Part shown: in pieces, positions 55,552 through 64,000 of the stretch | How positions within the stretch are numbered: the first letter of the stretch is position 1 | Layout of the letters: each line of letters begins with the position of its first letter | From: a virus | DNA: 64,000 nucleotides | Reading direction: 5' to 3' (one strand) | IMG/VR virus record: IMGVR_UViG_3300005805_000049 | Coordinates: 62,218-126,217 of that record | Position numbers and translations under genes: made by a program | Notes under the pieces: model-generated | Databases searched by the model: none | The model's input: only the letters and a program-made list of their open reading frames with translations | What the model was told of the DNA's origin: nothing

Positions 55552-56195
55552 TGTTCAAACATACGACATTACCAAAAGTACAGATCGAACGAATCGACAC
55601 TGATCAAGGAAGATTCTACCAAATAGAATCTGGTGAAAGGTTTCGATCTGTCACTTCAATCCTTTCTGATTATAGCAAATCAGCAATTGACAAATGGCGC
55701 CAATCGGTTGGCGATTATAACGCTGATAGAATTTCTACTCAGGCGAGAATCAGAGGATCTGCTGTTCATAATCTATGTGAAAAATATCTACTGAATTGCC
55801 CAGATTATAAACACAGAGCAATGCCATTTAATCTAGCAGAGTTCAATAAATTGAAGCTGTTGTTAGATAACAACGTCCAGCAGATTTATGGAATTGAGCA
55901 CATGATGTATTCTCGTCAATACAAGTGTGCTGGTACTTCAGATTTAATCTGTAACTGGAACGGCAATGTATCAATTGTCGATTTCAAAACTTCTAGATAC
56001 CCAAAAGATCAATCGAAGATTCAGCATTACTTTATTCAAGCAAGTGTGTATAGCCTAATGGTTAAAGAATTATATCACATTGATTGTAATGATATTGTGA
56101 TTTTGATGACGGTTGATCACGATCAACCTTTAGTGTTTCATAAAAACGCTCGGGATTACTATTCCCAGGTCCAATCAATTTTCAATAGCGGATAA
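55548..56195 (+). CDS. PD-(D/E)xK exonuclease
   Basis: SVTSIL, RGSAVH, AGTSD..IVDFKTS..Q...Y. Confidence 0.88.
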   Translation: MMFKHTTLPKVQIERIDTDQGRFYQIESGERFRSVTSILSDYSKSAIDKWRQSVGDYNADRISTQARIRGSAVHNLCEKYLLNCPDYKHRAMPFNLAEFNKLKLLLDNNVQQIYGIEHMMYSRQYKCAGTSDLICNWNGNVSIVDFKTSRYPKDQSKIQHYFIQASVYSLMVKELYHIDCNDIVILMTVDHDQPLVFHKNARDYYSQVQSIFNSG

Positions 56196-56200
56196 TTAAA

Positions 56201-56527
56201 ATGCTCAAAAAACTATTAGTTGCAGCTGGTTGTTTTTTATTACCCTTTAACTCAGTTAATGCTCAGCAAGCCCAGCCATTTCCAGCAATCTGTATGCCAA
56301 CAGAAAAGTTCTCTAACGATTTCATAGACAAGAATAAAATGATGGCAATCATTATTAGTTACGATTCCAAAAATGATATTCTGTATATGGTAACTGGAAA
56401 TGCAAAGCGAATGGTAATTGTTACAATTTCTTCATTAAAAGATAATAACACATGCATTCTCTCAGCATTTGAAGATGCTGAAGGGATTGTCGATTTTGAT
56501 AAATTCAAACCTCGAGAAAAAAGTTAA
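56201..56527 (+). CDS. secreted hypothetical protein
   Basis: signal peptide ending SVNA. Confidence 0.6.
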   Translation: MLKKLLVAAGCFLLPFNSVNAQQAQPFPAICMPTEKFSNDFIDKNKMMAIIISYDSKNDILYMVTGNAKRMVIVTISSLKDNNTCILSAFEDAEGIVDFDKFKPREKS

Positions 56528-56593
56528 AAAGGCTAGTTGACCTTTTTGTTATTTTAATGTAATATGATCTGTTGGTGAAATTGAGGAGAGCAG

Positions 56594-57043
56594 ATGCGCC
56601 TGTTGATCGAAGGCCAGCCACGAAACATCACTTTGAAAGAAGTTGAATATGCAACCAACTTCTTCTGTCGCAAATTAATCTCTGCACAACTATTGAGGCA
56701 CCTGACCGTAATAATCACGTTCAAGAAGCTACGTGGTCTGAAGGGACTGGCTGAAGCAATTGACTGTGATATTAAGCCGAGAGAGTTTCATGTTCAAATT
56801 AGAGAAACGATGTCTCGGCAGAACATCCTAAAAACCTTGGCTCATGAACTGGTTCACGTCAAGCAGTATGCCCGCAAAGAACTTGGCGTAGTTTTGATCG
56901 GATCCAGACTTCGGTGGCACGATCAGATGATTGACAGTGCTGCTACCAATTATTGGGAGTATCCATGGGAGATTGAAGCGTATGGAAGAGAGGTTGGGCT
57001 TTACGAAATGTACCATCACCACCTTGCACAAAATAACAGTTGA
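56594..57043 (+). CDS. HExxH zinc metallopeptidase-like protein
   Basis: TLAHELVHVKQY..PWEIEAY. Confidence 0.8.
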   Translation: MRLLIEGQPRNITLKEVEYATNFFCRKLISAQLLRHLTVIITFKKLRGLKGLAEAIDCDIKPREFHVQIRETMSRQNILKTLAHELVHVKQYARKELGVVLIGSRLRWHDQMIDSAATNYWEYPWEIEAYGREVGLYEMYHHHLAQNNS

Positions 57044-57068
57044 CCATTTGTAAGCAGTACTGTATAAC
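57040..57068 (+). promoter_or_regulatory. sigma70-type promoter
   Basis: TTGACC-N17-TATAAC. Confidence 0.65.
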
Positions 57069-57124
57069 CACAAAGTTGCTTCGGTAATGGAGCAACTACT
57101 TCAACTTGACGAAAGGACTAGATA

Positions 57125-57340
57125 ATGACAGACAAGCCACTAACTCAGCTAGACATGCTCGCCAAGCATTTCCGTCGTCGCAAGACAATCACTTCAACGG
57201 AAGCTGAAACGATGTATGGAGTAAAGTCGCTTTCTCGACGAATTCTCGATATGGAAGATAATGGATATCAGTTCAACCGCGTTCCGTTTGTTTCCGAAGG
57301 TCGTCGAATGGTTCGTTACCAGATTGTTAAGGCTGCTTAA
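57125..57340 (+). CDS. winged helix-turn-helix protein
   Basis: TITSTEA..YGVKSLSRRI.DM. Confidence 0.7.
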   Translation: MTDKPLTQLDMLAKHFRRRKTITSTEAETMYGVKSLSRRILDMEDNGYQFNRVPFVSEGRRMVRYQIVKAA

Positions 57341-57346
57341 GCAGTC

Positions 57347-57378
57347 AGGGGAAGAGATTTATTCTCTTCCCCTTTTTT
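57347..57378 (+). terminator. intrinsic terminator
   Basis: AGGGGAAGAG-ATTTATT-CTCTTCCCCT-TTTTT. Confidence 0.9.
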
Positions 57379-57423
57379 AACTATTTTTGTTTTTATGAAA
57401 ACAACAGCAAAGGTAATGTCAGA

Positions 57424-57669
57424 ATGGAAATAACCAGCGCTTGTATTATCGATAATGATTATACGACCGAGTATCCCACTCAACGATGGTTAATAGTTGC
57501 TTCTACCGAACAAGGAGAAATTTATCAGTTAATGCATTCGTTTGACGATCGTTATAAAGCTGAAAAGTTACTACAAAAGATTCGCAATGTTGGAAAGATC
57601 GATCTGCAGTACTGGGCTTTCTGGAGAACGATATACGGCTCTCCAGCATACGAACAACGAGGTTGCTAA
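57424..57669 (+). CDS. hypothetical protein
   Basis: C-terminal YGSPAY; AAGG RBS. Confidence 0.6.
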   Translation: MEITSACIIDNDYTTEYPTQRWLIVASTEQGEIYQLMHSFDDRYKAEKLLQKIRNVGKIDLQYWAFWRTIYGSPAYEQRGC

Positions 57670-57707
57670 CTGATTGAAATGAACAGAAACTTTTTTCAAA
57701 AAAGTGG

Positions 57708-57736
57708 TTGACGTTTTGGTTTGAATGGTGTAGTCT
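57708..57736 (+). promoter_or_regulatory. sigma70-type early promoter
   Basis: TTGACG-N17-TAGTCT with A/T-rich upstream element. Confidence 0.65.
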
Positions 57737-57768
57737 AACAAAATCGACAGACAGACGGAGACAGACAG

Positions 57769-57948
57769 ATGGCTACGATTGCTCGTTATCACGTGATCAT
57801 CCGCGACGGTCGCAAGGTCGTTGAACGTCATCAGATGATCGACTATGAAATGGCTCTTTATCTTGCCGAGAACCTTGAGCAGAAGTATCCTCGGTATTCA
57901 GTTGAATTCAAGGACACTGCTCCTTTCGGAGCAACTCGCAACTACTAA
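57769..57948 (+). CDS. small hypothetical protein (59 aa)
   Basis: GGAG RBS, MATIARYHVIIRDG..; below ORF-track cutoff. Confidence 0.6.
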   Translation: MATIARYHVIIRDGRKVVERHQMIDYEMALYLAENLEQKYPRYSVEFKDTAPFGATRNY

Positions 57949-58000
57949 TCAATGTAATCAACCACCGTATCAACTCAATCTTTGATAGGAAAACTACATC

Positions 58001-58975
58001 ATGTCACACGAAATCGAAACGATCGCTTACGCTCACAAAGTCGGTTCTAACGTTGCGTCTTATCAGACGCCCTGGCATTCGCTGGGAACGCCAGTTTCCA
58101 ATGATCTGACGCCGATGCAGATGATGGATAAGGCGCAGCTGAACTGGACAGTTGACCGGATTCCAACATTCGCTCGGATTGGTGACGTCGAAGTGCCAAC
58201 TGGTAAGGAAGTGTTGGTTCGTTCGTCAGACAACAAGATTCTGACGCATGTTTCGGAGGACTGGCAGCCAGTGCAGAACCACGAAGCGTTTGATTTCTTC
58301 ACTGAGTTTGTGATGTCTGGTAACATGGAGATGAATACTGCTGGCAGCCTCAAGGGCGGCAACATGGTATGGGCGCTTGCCAAGATTAAGGACGGGTCAT
58401 TTGATCTGTTCAAAGGCAAGGATGTTGTCGATTCGTATCTGTTGTTCTCCAATCCTCATGAGTATGGCAAGTGCATCGACATTCGGTTTACTGCGATCCG
58501 AGTTGTCTGCAACAACACGCTGACTCTTGCTCTCAACGCAAAGTCTGACATGGTGGTTCGTCTGAACCATCGTCGAAAGTTTGATGCGGAGATGGTTAAG
58601 AATACGCTGGGCCTTGCTTCCAATAACACAGCTTCGTATAAGGAGATGGCTGAGTATATCGGCACTCGTAAGTTCTCGGTTGATAAGCTGATGGAGTACT
58701 ACAACGAAGTGTTTCCAACCCTGTCAAAGAAGGAAGACCGCGATCCTTCTAAGCTGTCTCGTCCTGCTCAGACTGCACTTGAAGTGCTGGACACTCAGCC
58801 GGGCGCAGAACTTGGTAAAGGAACTTGGTGGCAGGCATTTAATAGCGCAACTTTCACTATTGACCACCTGCTTGGCCGTTCCGACGATACTCGCTTGACG
58901 TCAGCGTGGTATGGCCAGAATCGTCAGAAGAAGGTTGAGGCTCTAAGGAAGGCAGTTGAATACGCGGATGCTTGA
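58001..58975 (+). CDS. DUF932-family phage/plasmid protein
   Basis: PWHSLG, QPVQNHEAFDFF, TAGSLKGG, IRVVCNNTL, GTWWQAFN. Confidence 0.85.
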   Translation: MSHEIETIAYAHKVGSNVASYQTPWHSLGTPVSNDLTPMQMMDKAQLNWTVDRIPTFARIGDVEVPTGKEVLVRSSDNKILTHVSEDWQPVQNHEAFDFFTEFVMSGNMEMNTAGSLKGGNMVWALAKIKDGSFDLFKGKDVVDSYLLFSNPHEYGKCIDIRFTAIRVVCNNTLTLALNAKSDMVVRLNHRRKFDAEMVKNTLGLASNNTASYKEMAEYIGTRKFSVDKLMEYYNEVFPTLSKKEDRDPSKLSRPAQTALEVLDTQPGAELGKGTWWQAFNSATFTIDHLLGRSDDTRLTSAWYGQNRQKKVEALRKAVEYADA

Positions 58976-58980
58976 TTGTA

Positions 58981-59008
58981 AAAGGGGAGCCAATTGGCTC
59001 CCCTATTT
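58981..59008 (+). terminator. terminator-like hairpin
   Basis: AGGGGAGC-CAATTG-GCTCCCCT-ATTT. Confidence 0.7.
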
Positions 59009-59025
59009 AACAGGATGGTCAAAAT

Positions 59026-59203
59026 GAATGATTATTACTCCATTGAGATTCAACAGCCTTCAAACAACTGGCTATCGGTTCGAATGGTAATTCCGTTCAA
59101 TCATCAAATGCTGGTCAATGAGATGAAGCAAGTCAAACAGCAGCATCCTAATTCAAGAGTGCGAGTAACTGATAAGGATGGCCGCTTGGTCGACATGATT
59201 TAA
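59026..59203 (+). CDS. small hypothetical protein
   Basis: C-terminal RVRVTDKDGRLVDM; start approximate. Confidence 0.5.
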
Positions 59204-59709
59204 GCTTCGTTGACGCTTAGTTCGCCGTCAAACTTCTTTACATAACGCTTGGTATTGGCCAATTGCTCATAACCAGTTGGCCATCTTGCTCCAAGGAATC
59301 TGTTCTTTGAAACTCTTGTAACATTGACGGTGTTAGACTGGTTTCCTCCAAGAATGTGATATGATGTGCTATCTTCCGAGATATAAAACCCGACATGCCC
59401 TCCGCCATCACGAGAAAACACCATAATGCATCCGTAACGAGGAGTTGTCTTTTCGCCAAATTTATTCCATTCTCTGGCGGACAGAGGGTTTTCAATCGTG
59501 ATTCGAATATCATTTGCTTGCATGCAATGAGCAACAAATAGTCCGCACCAAGGAATATCATCATTCTTGTAGAAGTTCTTGATCCAGCCGCCGAGATCCT
59601 TTGCCCACCCAATGATTACTGAGTTTGATCTGCTGCCAGGAATCTCTTTAGTACCAACTAGTTGCTTTGCAGTTTCTAACCAAGGAATGTTTAGTTCTCT
59701 TACTGCCAT
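59200..59709 (-). CDS. TIGR02594/NlpC-P60-like peptidoglycan hydrolase (putative endolysin)
   Basis: DIPWCGLFV, GGHVGF, LGGNQ; GGAGG RBS and ATAAATA upstream on - strand. Confidence 0.85.
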   Translation of the reverse strand: MAVRELNIPWLETAKQLVGTKEIPGSRSNSVIIGWAKDLGGWIKNFYKNDDIPWCGLFVAHCMQANDIRITIENPLSAREWNKFGEKTTPRYGCIMVFSRDGGGHVGFYISEDSTSYHILGGNQSNTVNVTRVSKNRFLGARWPTGYEQLANTKRYVKKFDGELSVNEA

Positions 59710-59945
59710 CAATGCCTCCATTGCTTGTTTTTCAGTATTTATCTGTTGCCTAGCTTGCGTCGTTTGTCTATACTAATCAAGTTGCTCGATTGGCGAGTGA
59801 CGTTTCAATAAGAGGATATCATGCTAGTGAAATTGGCCTTCAACATTACAAGATACGACGTTCTGTTGTTTCTAGTTGGAGTAATTGCACTGTGCAATGC
59901 AGTGCAGCTTGGTCTAATCGTTATGTATCTTTGAGGAGAATTTAG

Positions 59946-60191
59946 ATGGATCGCGACGAGATGATCGACACACTAAAAACACAACGTGTAGATGTTGTGT
60001 TTCGAAAGAAAGATGGTGAACAACGAAAGATGCGTTGCACGTTGATGGAATCCGTTTTACCAGAAATTAAATCTACAACTGAAAAGCGAAAGGTCAGTCG
60101 TAGTGCTGATACGGTTTCAGTGTGGGATATGGAAAAGCGAGCGTGGCGGTCGTTTCGTGTCGATTCGGTGATCGCATTTGATCCAGTATAA
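59946..60191 (+). CDS. SH3/Sm-like (WYL_2-type) small protein
   Basis: VVFRKKDG..RKMRCTL..VWDMEKRAWRSFR. Confidence 0.75.
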   Translation: MDRDEMIDTLKTQRVDVVFRKKDGEQRKMRCTLMESVLPEIKSTTEKRKVSRSADTVSVWDMEKRAWRSFRVDSVIAFDPV

Positions 60192-60308
60192 CAGCAAAGG
60201 AGAATCAAAATAGCCCATCCCCATAAAAATAGACCAAGAACTGGTCGTCGAAAAATTGGCTCGAAGAAACGCAAATCTCGAGCAGCACGTAAGAAATAAA
60301 TAGGACAT

Positions 60309-60338
60309 TAAGAGCAGCAAGAAATTGCTGCTCTTTTA
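60309..60338 (+). terminator. hairpin / terminator
   Basis: AAGAGCAGCAA-GAAA-TTGCTGCTCTT-TT. Confidence 0.6.
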
Positions 60339-60815
60339 ATGGGAGGTAATATAGACACAATCGATTATGAACAAGTAAAACAATTCATACGCAACCAATC
60401 AGAACAATCGAAGATTTATATTGGATGTGATTCAGATTCATACATGAAGAACGACATTCGTTATGCAGATTATTATAAAGTGATTGTTGTTCATATTAAT
60501 GGATCCAACGGCTGTAAGATTTTTGGTTGTAGAGAAACAGAAAAAGATTTCAGTCCAGATAAACGTAGACCATTGTATCGATTGATGCAAGAAGTATACA
60601 AAGCTTCCGAGGTGTATTTGAACCTTCACGATTGCATTGGTTCAAGAGAAGTACAGGTTCATTTGGACTTAAATCCATCGCATAAATATATCTCTAATCA
60701 AATCGTCGAGCAGGCGATTGGTTATATCAAAGGGACGTGCAATATCGTTCCATTAATTAAACCTAATTCATGGGTCGCCTCATCTGTGGCGGATAAGTTG
60801 CTAAAGATAGCTTAA
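60339..60815 (+). CDS. RNase H-like YkuK-family protein
   Basis: IYIGCDS..RLMQEV..VHLDLN..IKPNSWVASSVAD. Confidence 0.8.
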   Translation: MGGNIDTIDYEQVKQFIRNQSEQSKIYIGCDSDSYMKNDIRYADYYKVIVVHINGSNGCKIFGCRETEKDFSPDKRRPLYRLMQEVYKASEVYLNLHDCIGSREVQVHLDLNPSHKYISNQIVEQAIGYIKGTCNIVPLIKPNSWVASSVADKLLKIA

Positions 60816-60830
60816 AGGGACAATAAATCG

Positions 60831-61343
60831 ATGAACAAACTAATCATTTGTTCGTTGGTTTTGTTATTGAGTTGTAATAATGCAGTTGCTGGTGTTAGAG
60901 AACTAAGACCTCAAGAAGTGCTATATGCATTTATTGGGATGAATTATATCTTTGACAAGAAGGCATTTATTGAATACGCTGAAGTGACCAATAGTGTACC
61001 AGTTATAATGAAATCATGGAAAACAAAACCAGCGATTTCTGAGTTTAAGAGACGTTTTGATTCTGAAAAACCATACTCGTTTTATGGTTATTCATGGGGA
61101 GTGCAACCAGCTAGAGACTTGATTCTCTACCATGGTTATAGGCCAAAACGATTTATCGCTGTTGGCCCATATTACAAAGTTACCAGATTAAACAAGATTG
61201 GTCCAACTGGAGTAAGAGTTTTGATACATGGAGATGCTTCTTCAGGTCCAACATACAAAATGCATAGAGATAGTAAAGGACGGCCAATATCACACGACAA
61301 AATAATGAGACATGTGACGGAGTTAGAAAAAAGGAACAAGTAA
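60831..61343 (+). CDS. secreted protein, possible alpha/beta-hydrolase
   Basis: signal peptide; GYSWG nucleophile elbow. Confidence 0.55.
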   Translation: MNKLIICSLVLLLSCNNAVAGVRELRPQEVLYAFIGMNYIFDKKAFIEYAEVTNSVPVIMKSWKTKPAISEFKRRFDSEKPYSFYGYSWGVQPARDLILYHGYRPKRFIAVGPYYKVTRLNKIGPTGVRVLIHGDASSGPTYKMHRDSKGRPISHDKIMRHVTELEKRNK

Positions 61344-61424
61344 TGCCTAAACGATTTCAAATCGCCAAAGCAAAATATGTACGGAAAAAAGTTCGCGTTT
61401 GCGATTAGCTATAAGGAACAATAA

Positions 61425-61817
61425 TTGATGTTGAAGCACAAACACCTAATTGTAAGAGCAGAGATTAACAATCCGCCATCTGCTAATGACTTAGACAAAA
61501 TGAACTTTTGGTTTCAAGATTTGATTGAATCGATTGGTATGAAGATTCTTTCAGGCCCTCATACTGTATATTGTGAGGTAGTTGGCAATCGAGGTTATAC
61601 TGGTGTTTGTGTTATTGAAACCAGCCATATTGCTTTGCATACCTGGGACGAAGATAGTCCTGCAGTGATTCAATTGGACGTGTATACGTGCTCAGAGCTA
61701 GACATCGATACAGTGTTCAAAAAGATTAAACAATTTGAACCAACTGTTGTTGAATTTACACTGATCGATCGTGATGGAGAACTTTGTATTCTGGATAAAG
61801 GGAAGTTGACCATCTAA
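61425..61817 (+). CDS. speD: S-adenosylmethionine decarboxylase proenzyme
   Basis: HKHL, IETSHIALHTW (pyruvoyl cleavage site), LDVYTC. Confidence 0.88.
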   Translation: MMLKHKHLIVRAEINNPPSANDLDKMNFWFQDLIESIGMKILSGPHTVYCEVVGNRGYTGVCVIETSHIALHTWDEDSPAVIQLDVYTCSELDIDTVFKKIKQFEPTVVEFTLIDRDGELCILDKGKLTI

Positions 61818-61844
61818 GATTTTTGCTTTATATATAATGATAGT

Positions 61845-61929
61845 AACAAACACGCTACCGTGTGGACCGAAAGACGGATTCTATAGGCGTTTCGGCATAT
61901 TCGCAGTAGAATTTTATATCGTGTTTGTT
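61845..61929 (+). ncRNA. putative small rod-like hairpin RNA
   Basis: AACAAACACG/CGTGTTTGTT, CTAC/GTAG, CCGAA/TTCGG nested stems, just after a TTGAC-N17-TTATAT promoter (61806-61833). Confidence 0.5.
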
Positions 61930-61934
61930 GAGTT

Positions 61935-62300
61935 TAAAACATTGTCAATGAAATGGCGGTTGACAATTAATTGGAAATATATGAAACATTAACGGACTCG
62001 GCTCTCGGATGCCGACATCTCCACCATAGACACGTTACTATGATTTGAGGTCTTGGCCGTACCAGTGTAGCAGAACGGCGACATAAGTTAGAACGTGTCT
62101 TTGATGGGGATGAAAGGGATTGACGTGATGCGTAATGTATTTCAAGTCATTCGGTAAGGAACGACCGACAATTAGTCCGAACACTATAAATGCTAAACTA
62201 AAAGCATCAAACGACAATCATTCAGCACAAAGTTATGCTCTAGCTGCTTGATCTAGTTTTTAAGGTTTTGGAGGTGTCCTTAAGAAAATAAACACCTCCT
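61935..62300 (+). ncRNA. ssrA: circularly permuted two-piece tmRNA
   Basis: acceptor piece ends CATCTCCACCA (62026); intervening hairpin; coding piece starts GGGGATG (62106) with G3:U70; tag 62192-62251 AKLKASNDNHSAQSYALAA*; ends approximate. Confidence 0.92.
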
Positions 62301-62900
62301 TCTTTTCTGCTTGTCATAAGATGCACAAGAACGGCTACAAAAAGATTGAGTCGAGGCTTTTGGTTTAAATTTTTTATTACAATGCTTACAATGAAGTTCA
62401 CTGATAACTTTACCTTTAGATGCCCAATATTCGGTTTTTTTAACTGACATTATTTTTCTAGTTTCTAAAGAGTGTTTTTGAACGCCAGTTTTACCTTTAT
62501 TCCAAGATTTTTGAACGCCAGTTTTACCTTTATTCCAAGGAGCAACGCCTTTCCTTTTTCCTTTATTTGCTTGCCCATTTCCACCAGAAGACTGTTTCTT
62601 TTGATTGTAATATTTAACCGTTTTATTATAAATATTGGGAGTCCAATATAATTCTTCTTCTTTTATCATGTTTAACCATTTTTGTTCGCAATTGCGCAAT
62701 TCTTCGTTGGATCCATTTATATATTCCAATACTCGAAACTTGAATGTTTCAGGTCTTTTTTTATATGCATTCAACATCATTTTGTTTGAACATATATAGG
62801 AGTCTTCGACTTTACCTTTGTGACCACCGATGTAGAAAAGTTTTGCTCTTGTATCATACCAAATGTAAACATAAGAAGTATAAATAATATCTGTTGACAT
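62280..62900 (-). CDS. GIY-YIG homing endonuclease with NUMOD-like repeats and C-terminal zinc finger
   Basis: YVYIW..FYIGGHKG..YICS, EQKWL, YYN; duplicated WNKGKTGVQK; CKHC..FCSRSC. Confidence 0.85.
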   Translation of the reverse strand: MSTDIIYTSYVYIWYDTRAKLFYIGGHKGKVEDSYICSNKMMLNAYKKRPETFKFRVLEYINGSNEELRNCEQKWLNMIKEEELYWTPNIYNKTVKYYNQKKQSSGGNGQANKGKRKGVAPWNKGKTGVQKSWNKGKTGVQKHSLETRKIMSVKKTEYWASKGKVISELHCKHCNKKFKPKASTQSFCSRSCASYDKQKRRRCLFS

Positions 62901-62968
62901 TGCTGTGTCTCCTTGCTATAAATGTTAGACATAGAGTGGTTAGAGTTTGCCGACTCGTGAACCGCAAT

Positions 62969-62976
62969 TATTTATA
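62969..62976 (-). promoter_or_regulatory. T4-type late promoter for the GIY-YIG gene
   Basis: TATTTATA on + = TATAAATA on -. Confidence 0.75.
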
Positions 62977-62989
62977 ATAATGCTCCATT

Positions 62990-63111
62990 TGAGACACGCC
63001 TCGCAGCGTAATCTCATTGGGTTTACTGGTTGACCTCGAAACAGAACATATCAGTCGGGTACATCCGTAATGTACTAGTGGTTATCGGTTACCCACGATC
63101 AAACAAAACCG
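62990..63111 (+). ncRNA. putative structured RNA: two hairpin + H-type pseudoknot modules
   Basis: TGAGA.ACGC/GCGT..TCTCA; GGGT/ACCT crossed with ACTGGT/ATCAGT; GTACAT/ATGTAC; GTGG/CCAC crossed with CGGTT/AACCG. Confidence 0.5.
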
Positions 63112-63134
63112 TTCCATTTCAAAAGGAGACAATT

Positions 63135-63482
63135 ATGTTTTCTTGGTTTACTAAAACGACAAAGAAGCTGAATATCATTCTTATTAAGTTAGAAACAACA
63201 TCAGAAAGGCTTAATCTTATGACAGCTGAAATCGATAAACTAAAAGACCAAGTCGAACGAGCAGTTCTTGTGAATTCAAGAGCATTAGACCTAATTGACA
63301 AACTTCAAGCAGATCTCGAAAAGGCAAAAGCCGATTCAACTGCTGAACTTGTTCTTGTAACAGAAGATCTTTCTGTTTCAACTGCTATGCTGGAAGCAAA
63401 GCTGGACCAGCTAGCGCCAGAACCAGTTGCAGAACCAGTAACTCCAACCTACACCTCTAACACTTCATTCTACGTTTCCTAA
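63135..63482 (+). CDS. coiled-coil hypothetical protein
   Basis: AAAGGAG RBS before ATG 63135 (MFSWFTK). Confidence 0.65.
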   Translation: MFSWFTKTTKKLNIILIKLETTSERLNLMTAEIDKLKDQVERAVLVNSRALDLIDKLQADLEKAKADSTAELVLVTEDLSVSTAMLEAKLDQLAPEPVAEPVTPTYTSNTSFYVS

Positions 63483-63501
63483 TTCACTATAATAAAAACC
63501 T

Positions 63502-63544
63502 AAAAATACGACGCTGTTTGCTCGTTTCAGCGTCGTATTTTTTT
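63502..63544 (+). terminator. intrinsic terminator
   Basis: AAAAATACGACGCTG-loop-CAGCGTCGTATTTTTTT. Confidence 0.88.
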
Positions 63545-63560
63545 AAACGAGAGCTTTTGC

Positions 63561-64000
63561 ATGATCACTAAAAAGACCACTAATCCTGTTGTATTTGACA
63601 CCACATTCAAAATTAAAGATAAAGTAATCCAAATATACGTTGAAAAATTAAAAACTAGTTGCACTGCTTTTGATCATCTAGAATTCATTTTCACAGTAAA
63701 TGGGTCAACTCACAAATCGTTAACAGATTTCTCGTTAGTTGAACTGTATCAAATTCTAAAGAACATTCAGAAATCAATCGAAACGCTTGTAATTGACATT
63801 GTAGACAACGTTCGTAAAGGAACAACTGTGAAACTAGAATTTGAAGCAGATGGCAAAGATAACGACGAAAAGAGCTATAAAAACAATTGCTATCAGTATT
63901 ATGTTAAAAGATTAGCAGAAAAATGTTCCAATCAGTATAATGTAGATTGTTTGTATTATAAATATCAGTATAATCATTTTCTAACATTTAATAAGAAGGT
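63561..64000 (+). CDS. hypothetical protein, runs off the window end
   Basis: open frame from ATG 63561 (MITKKTTNPVVF..) with no stop to 64000. Confidence 0.6.
   Translation, partial: MITKKTTNPVVFDTTFKIKDKVIQIYVEKLKTSCTAFDHLEFIFTVNGSTHKSLTDFSLVELYQILKNIQKSIETLVIDIVDNVRKGTTVKLEFEADGKDNDEKSYKNNCYQYYVKRLAEKCSNQYNVDCLYYKYQYNHFLTFNKK

Noticed and set aside
55548-56195. Cas4 / CRISPR adaptation gene
   Set aside because: Ordinary T4-like PD-(D/E)xK exonuclease next to phoH; lacks the C-terminal Cys cluster
57746-57770. GACA microsatellite around an RBS
   Set aside because: Very short and interrupted; no evidence of function
63030-63134. N-terminal extension of the 63030 ORF (similarly 24500, 6443, 10355, 44412)
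   Set aside because: Better downstream starts with SD sequences or gene coupling; extensions overlap structured RNA, tRNA, promoters or upstream genes

Overview
A 64-kb segment of a large T4-like (myovirus-type) dsDNA phage genome, almost entirely + strand. It carries T4-type replication genes (gp43 polymerase, UvsX, gp41 helicase, gp61 primase, RNase H), nucleotide metabolism genes (ThyX, B12-dependent class II RNR, glutaredoxin), PhoH, Dps, SpeD, T4-type late promoters (TATAAATA) and many sigma70-type promoters. It also has 7 tRNAs and a circularly permuted two-piece tmRNA, which suggests an alphaproteobacterial host (inference). Most notable are: (i) a late-expressed cluster of four His-rich, Cys-free proteins that all start with a T4 capsid-targeting-like peptide and carry nuclease, Pol-beta nucleotidyltransferase, ligase+HIGH nucleotidyltransferase and ParB-like motifs, next to a late-promoter structured ncRNA candidate; (ii) a ~21-kb accessory block of RNA-repair, translation-rescue and anti-defence genes (RNA ligase, PNK, phosphoesterases, GGQ release factor, RlmN-like and TrmH-like methylases, a frameshifted Acb1-like 2H phosphoesterase), repeat-paralog families and junction direct repeats; (iii) a tmRNA locus with an upstream hairpin RNA and an antisense GIY-YIG gene lying between tandem pseudoknots. 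All calls come from reading motifs by eye; no searches were run.
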